A DNA stretch of 18,044 nucleotides, taken from the NCBI GenBank assembly GCA_007125125.1, contig SLDT01000096.1:1-18044 (forward strand), read 5' to 3'. This document shows, one piece after another, positions 15,738 through 18,044 of the stretch. A model generated the notes under the pieces. The model did not search any database. It saw only the letters and a program-made list of their open reading frames with translations, and had not been told where the DNA came from. Each line of letters opens with the position of its first letter. The first letter of the stretch is position 1. This stretch comes from Gemmatimonadota bacterium. GTDB lineage: Bacteria; Gemmatimonadota; Gemmatimonadetes; Longimicrobiales; Gaopeijiaceae. The position numbers and the translations under genes are program-made.

Positions 15738-17144
15738 ATGTCCGATGAGGTTCGCACCGAGAGGGATTCCCTCGGCGAGGTGCTCGTTCCGACCGATGCC
15801 CTGTACGGCGCGCAGACGCAGCGTGCCGTCGAGAACTTTCCGATCAGCGGGCGAGGGATCGGTCGCCCGATGGTGCGTGCGCTGGGGATCGTGAAGGGGG
15901 CGGCCGCCCGGACGAATGGGGAGCTCGGACACCTTGATCCCGAAGTGGCGCGCGCGATCGCCGAGGCGGCCGACGAGGTGGCCTCCGGACGCTGGGACGG
16001 CCACTTCCCGGTCGATGTGTTCCAGACCGGCTCGGGGACCTCGTCGAACATGAATGCGAACGAGGTGATCGCGGCGCTCGCGCGGCGGGCCCTCGGCGAC
16101 GGGGGTGCGGCGGTTCACCCGAACGACCATGTGAACTTCGGGCAGTCCTCGAATGACGTCTTTCCGACCGCGATCCATGTGGCGGGGCGGCTGGCGCTCG
16201 AGGAGTCGGTGCTTCCGGCGCTCGAGGCGCTGCGAGGGGCGCTCGAGGCGAAGGCCGAGGCCTTCGACGGGATCGTGAAGTCGGGGCGCACGCACCTCAT
16301 GGACGCCACGCCGGTGCGGCTGGGGCAGGAGTTCGGGGGGTACGCCGCCCAGGTGGCAAAGGGGATCGACCGGGTGCGGGCGGCCTCGGAGGAGCTTGCG
16401 GAGCTGGCGCTCGGGGGGACGGCGACGGGGACGGGGATCAACACGGACCCGAAGTTCGCGTCCTGGGCCATCGCCCGGATCTCGGAGGCGACGGGGCTTC
16501 GCTTCCGCGAGGCGGAGAACCACTTCGAGGCGCAGGGTGCGCGCGATGCCCTGGTAGCCGCGCACGGGGCACTCAACACGGTGGCGGTCTCCCTCATGAA
16601 GATCGCCGACGACATCCGGTGGCTGGCCTCGGGCCCCACCTCGGGTCTGCGGGAGATCCGGCTACCGGCGGTGCAGCCGGGGAGCTCGATCATGCCGGGC
16701 AAGGTGAACCCGGTGCTCTCCGAGGCACTCATGATGGTCGCGGCGCGGGTGGCGGGGAACCAGACGACCCTCACGGTGGGCGGGGGACGCGGGAACTTCG
16801 AGCTGAACGTGATGATGCCGGTGATGGCCGATGCCTTCCTCGAGTCGGCCACCCTCCTGGCCAGGGGTGCGAACGCCTTCCGGGAGCGGTGCGTGGAGGG
16901 GATCGAGGCCGACGAGGCGCGGGCGCGCGAGCTCCTCGAGCTGAACCCCGCGATCGCGACGGCGCTGAACCTGAAGATCGGCTACGACCGGGCGACCGAG
17001 GTGGCGAAGCGGGCGGCGGCCGAGGGACGCTCGGTGCGGGCGGTCGTCCTCGAGATGGGGCTCCTCGACGAGACGGAGCTCGACCGCGCCCTCGACGTGC
17101 GCGGCATGACCGAACCGGGGCTTCCCGGCGGGGGTGGAGGGTGA
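15738..17144 (+). CDS. fumC: Class II fumarate hydratase
   Basis: This is the ORF 15708..17144 trimmed to the ATG at residue 11. The N-terminus '[37 protein letters not shown]' parallels E. coli FumC '[36 protein letters not shown]'. Also present are '[17 protein letters not shown]' and the fumarase/aspartase signature '[12 protein letters not shown]'. 468 aa. Confidence 0.9.
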   Translation: MSDEVRTERDSLGEVLVPTDALYGAQTQRAVENFPISGRGIGRPMVRALGIVKGAAARTNGELGHLDPEVARAIAEAADEVASGRWDGHFPVDVFQTGSGTSSNMNANEVIAALARRALGDGGAAVHPNDHVNFGQSSNDVFPTAIHVAGRLALEESVLPALEALRGALEAKAEAFDGIVKSGRTHLMDATPVRLGQEFGGYAAQVAKGIDRVRAASEELAELALGGTATGTGINTDPKFASWAIARISEATGLRFREAENHFEAQGARDALVAAHGALNTVAVSLMKIADDIRWLASGPTSGLREIRLPAVQPGSSIMPGKVNPVLSEALMMVAARVAGNQTTLTVGGGRGNFELNVMMPVMADAFLESATLLARGANAFRERCVEGIEADEARARELLELNPAIATALNLKIGYDRATEVAKRAAAEGRSVRAVVLEMGLLDETELDRALDVRGMTEPGLPGGGGG

Positions 17145-18007
17145 GCCCGGTCGTGGACGAGCTCGGCGCACACATCTCGACGGCGGGCGGCGTCAGGAAT
17201 GCGCCCGGGCGCGCCCTCGAGATCGATGCGCCGAACCTGCAGCTCTTCACGAAGCAGCCGAACCGCTGGGCCGAGCCCCTGATCGACGAGGAGGAGCGGG
17301 CAGCCTGGCACGAGGCATTCAAGGGTGCGGGACTCGGGATCGCGGGGAGCCACGACTCCTACCTGATCAACCTGGCCTCTCCGCGGCCGGATCTCTGGGA
17401 GCGCTCCCTGGCCTCCTTCACGCGTGAGCTGGAGCGCTGCGCCGCCCTCGATCTCGACTTTCTCGTGACCCATCCGGGCAACGCGACGGACGGGGACCCG
17501 GAGAGCGGAATCGCGCGGAATGCCGAGGGGGTGACCCGCGCCCTCGAGGCCGTCGGGGGCAGCACGCGCGTGCTCCTCGAGATCACGGCCGGCTCCGGCA
17601 CCTCGATCGGAGGAAGTCTGGCCGGGCTTGCCGCCATCGTCGAGGGGATCCCCGAGCCGCAGCGATCGAGGGTCGGGGTCTGCTTCGACACCTGCCACGC
17701 GTACTCTGCGGGGTACGACCTCGTCGAGGACTACGAGGGGGTCTGGCGCGAGTTCGAGGCCCGGCTCGGGTTCGAGCGGCTGGGGCTCTTCCACCTGAAC
17801 GACTCGAAGAACCCCTTCGGTTCGCGCAAGGATCGGCACGAGCACATCGGGGAGGGCTCGCTCGGTGAGGAGCCCTTCCGGCGTATCATGAACGACGAGC
17901 GCTTCGTGCACGTTCCGAAGCTGCTGGAGACCCCGAAGGGCGACGACATGGTCACCTTCGATCGGCGCAATCTGGCGCGGCTGCGGGGGTACCGGGCGGG
18001 GGTCTGA
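17141..18007 (+). CDS. nfo: Endonuclease IV (AP endonuclease family 2)
   Basis: This is the ORF 16619..18007 trimmed to the GTG at residue 175 (17141-17143), which is preceded by GGTGGAGG and overlaps the fumC stop (GTGA). It carries the Nfo metal-binding motifs '[13 protein letters not shown]', 'LVTHPG', '[15 protein letters not shown]', '[13 protein letters not shown]', '[23 protein letters not shown]'. 288 aa versus 285 for E. coli Nfo. Confidence 0.9.
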   Translation: MSPVVDELGAHISTAGGVRNAPGRALEIDAPNLQLFTKQPNRWAEPLIDEEERAAWHEAFKGAGLGIAGSHDSYLINLASPRPDLWERSLASFTRELERCAALDLDFLVTHPGNATDGDPESGIARNAEGVTRALEAVGGSTRVLLEITAGSGTSIGGSLAGLAAIVEGIPEPQRSRVGVCFDTCHAYSAGYDLVEDYEGVWREFEARLGFERLGLFHLNDSKNPFGSRKDRHEHIGEGSLGEEPFRRIMNDERFVHVPKLLETPKGDDMVTFDRRNLARLRGYRAGV

Positions 18008-18038
18008 GAGGGTGTTTACATACTCCGAAGGGGTCCCG
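18008..18038. repeat. Copy B of the same motif, immediately after the nfo stop codon; runs into the window edge
   Basis: See copy A. The window ends at 18044, so downstream context is not visible. Confidence 0.5.
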
Positions 18039-18044
18039 TCGGGA

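Overview
This is an 18 kb window from a very GC-rich (about 70%) bacterial chromosome, densely coded and mostly housekeeping or envelope genes. The cell is probably diderm, since the window carries an Mla/MCE-type ABC system and a TonB-receptor-like plug module. From start to end (product, then strand): the 3' end of a sodium:solute symporter (+); a two-gene operon (-) encoding a 150-aa hypothetical protein translationally coupled to a secreted protein built from two carboxypeptidase-regulatory-like domains plus a TonB-receptor Plug-like domain but no beta-barrel; a Gpt-like phosphoribosyltransferase (+); transcription terminator Rho (-) with a C-rich leader; a 657-bp 'intergenic' gap that carries a strong codon-periodicity signal for a small Cys-containing protein; mlaE-mlaF-mlaD-like ABC transporter genes (+) followed by overlapping genes for a NUDIX hydrolase and an AI-2E transporter; a tandem of YumC-type ferredoxin-NADP reductase and thioredoxin reductase (TrxB); an NfeD-flotillin (SPFH) pair; two divergent SDR oxidoreductases, one pteridine-reductase-like with a non-canonical active-site motif; and class II fumarase (fumC) translationally coupled to endonuclease IV (nfo). 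A roughly 30-nt low-GC motif (GAGGGTGTTTACA...GGGTCCC) recurs immediately after the stop codons of the first and last genes of the window. I found no CRISPR, no rRNA or tRNA, and no obvious mobile element. The long antisense ORFs in the six-frame track are high-GC shadow ORFs. Start codons were refined from the ORF track by residue offsets, and several are GTG or TTG.
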